Shown here in pieces: positions 63,142 through 64,000 of a stretch of 64,000 nucleotides of DNA (position 1 is its first letter; each line of letters opens with the position of its first letter). Source of the DNA: Sedimentisphaerales bacterium (lineage in GTDB: Bacteria; Planctomycetota; Phycisphaerae; Sedimentisphaerales; SM23-30); NCBI GenBank assembly GCA_963663965.2, contig CAXXFK010000029.1, positions 128,001 to 192,000 of the forward strand, written 5' to 3'. A program made the translations under genes and the position numbers. The notes under the pieces are model-generated. The model was not told the DNA's origin and made no database searches. It was given only the letters and a program-made list of their open reading frames with translations.

Positions 63142-64000
63142 TTAGGGATTAATCAGGCGCTGGGCCGCGTGTAGGGTATTGAGCATTAACATGGTGATCG
63201 TCATCGGGCCAACGCCGCCGGGAACCGGAGTAATGGCAGAAGCCACTTGGCTGACGCCTTCAAAATCAACGTCGCCCACCAATTTACGTTTGCCTTCGGG
63301 CGTGCGTCCGATTTCATTGACGCCGACATCGATGACTACGGCGCCTGGTTTTACCATATCGGCGGTCACCGCATTGACAACTCCAGCGGCAACGATCAGA
63401 ATGTCCGCCCGCCGGGTATGGGCAGCAGTATCCTTGGTACGAGTATGGCAAATGGTTACTGTGGCATTGGCGCCGGCGGCTTTCTGCAAAAGAATATTGG
63501 CAATGGGTTTTCCGACAATATTACTGCGGCCCACTACAACGACTTCAGCGCCTTCAGTTTGAATACCGCTACGCATCAGCATCTGCTGGATGCCATAAGG
63601 CGTGCAGGGCAGGTAGCCCGGTTCGCCAATGACCATACGACCGACATTAACGGGATGGAATCCGTCGACATCTTTATCCGGGTCGATCGCATAGAGAACC
63701 TTGGTTTCATTTATATGTTTCGGCAGGGGCAGCTGAACCAGAATGCCGTGTATGGTCTTATCCTGGTTATAACGTTCAATTAATGCCAGCAATTCACTTT
63801 CTGATATGTTCGCAGGAATGTTTTCCTGAACCGAATGGTAACCGAGATCATGCGCGGTTTTCTGTTTGGCACGTACATAGCTTTCTGACGCGGGGTTATC
63901 ACCGACCAAAATAGTCACGAGCCCGGGAACCATCCCTTTCTGGGCGACTAGCGAATCGACTTCTTTACGAATTTCCTGACGAATTTCCTCGGCAATGTCT
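63142..64000 (-). CDS. folD: Bifunctional methylenetetrahydrofolate dehydrogenase/cyclohydrolase (5' end beyond window)
   Basis: Frame is open to the window edge (DIAEEIRQEIRKEV...PGLVTILVG). HGILVQLPLP, KDVDGFH, PCTP, GRSNIVGKP, TPVPGGVGPMT. Confidence 0.97.
   Translation of the reverse strand, partial: DIAEEIRQEIRKEVDSLVAQKGMVPGLVTILVGDNPASESYVRAKQKTAHDLGYHSVQENIPANISESELLALIERYNQDKTIHGILVQLPLPKHINETKVLYAIDPDKDVDGFHPVNVGRMVIGEPGYLPCTPYGIQQMLMRSGIQTEGAEVVVVGRSNIVGKPIANILLQKAAGANATVTICHTRTKDTAAHTRRADILIVAAGVVNAVTADMVKPGAVVIDVGVNEIGRTPEGKRKLVGDVDFEGVSQVASAITPVPGGVGPMTITMLMLNTLHAAQRLINP

Overview
Bacterial chromosome segment, probably Planctomycetota (Phycisphaerae/Sedimentisphaerales-like). 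This is inferred from the zinc-ribbon SpoVG, the dockerin-like DGxVD...NWL tails and the ECF sigma/large anti-sigma pair. Housekeeping genes: metY (3' end), ndk, ligA, type III glnA-gltBD behind a sigma54 promoter, ispH, ispE-spoVG, iorAB and folD (5' truncated). Envelope and accessory genes: wza-wzc-wecA, a second polysaccharide-modification operon, MoxR-DUF58 with a distant transglutaminase, a MacAB-TolC-type exporter, a double GH43, an EB_dh/DOMON lipoprotein with a hybrid kinase, a 2059-aa GLUG/PASTA/LamG exoprotein plus a short paralog, and a RAYT-like HUH transposase. No rRNA, tRNA, CRISPR array or reverse transcriptase was seen. The best unexplained signals are non-coding. (1) A ~100-nt candidate sRNA with its own promoter, three hairpins and an anti-Shine-Dalgarno loop. 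(2) A dispersed 25-bp 9-7-9 palindrome family in many of the larger intergenic gaps, including both edges of a 41-kb block that separates MoxR-DUF58 from its usual transglutaminase partner. (3) A 1.2-kb patchwork of co-oriented triple micro-repeats and REP-like hairpins upstream of the giant exoprotein. (4) Local patches of extreme G-over-C skew. All calls are by eye from motifs; no database searches were run.
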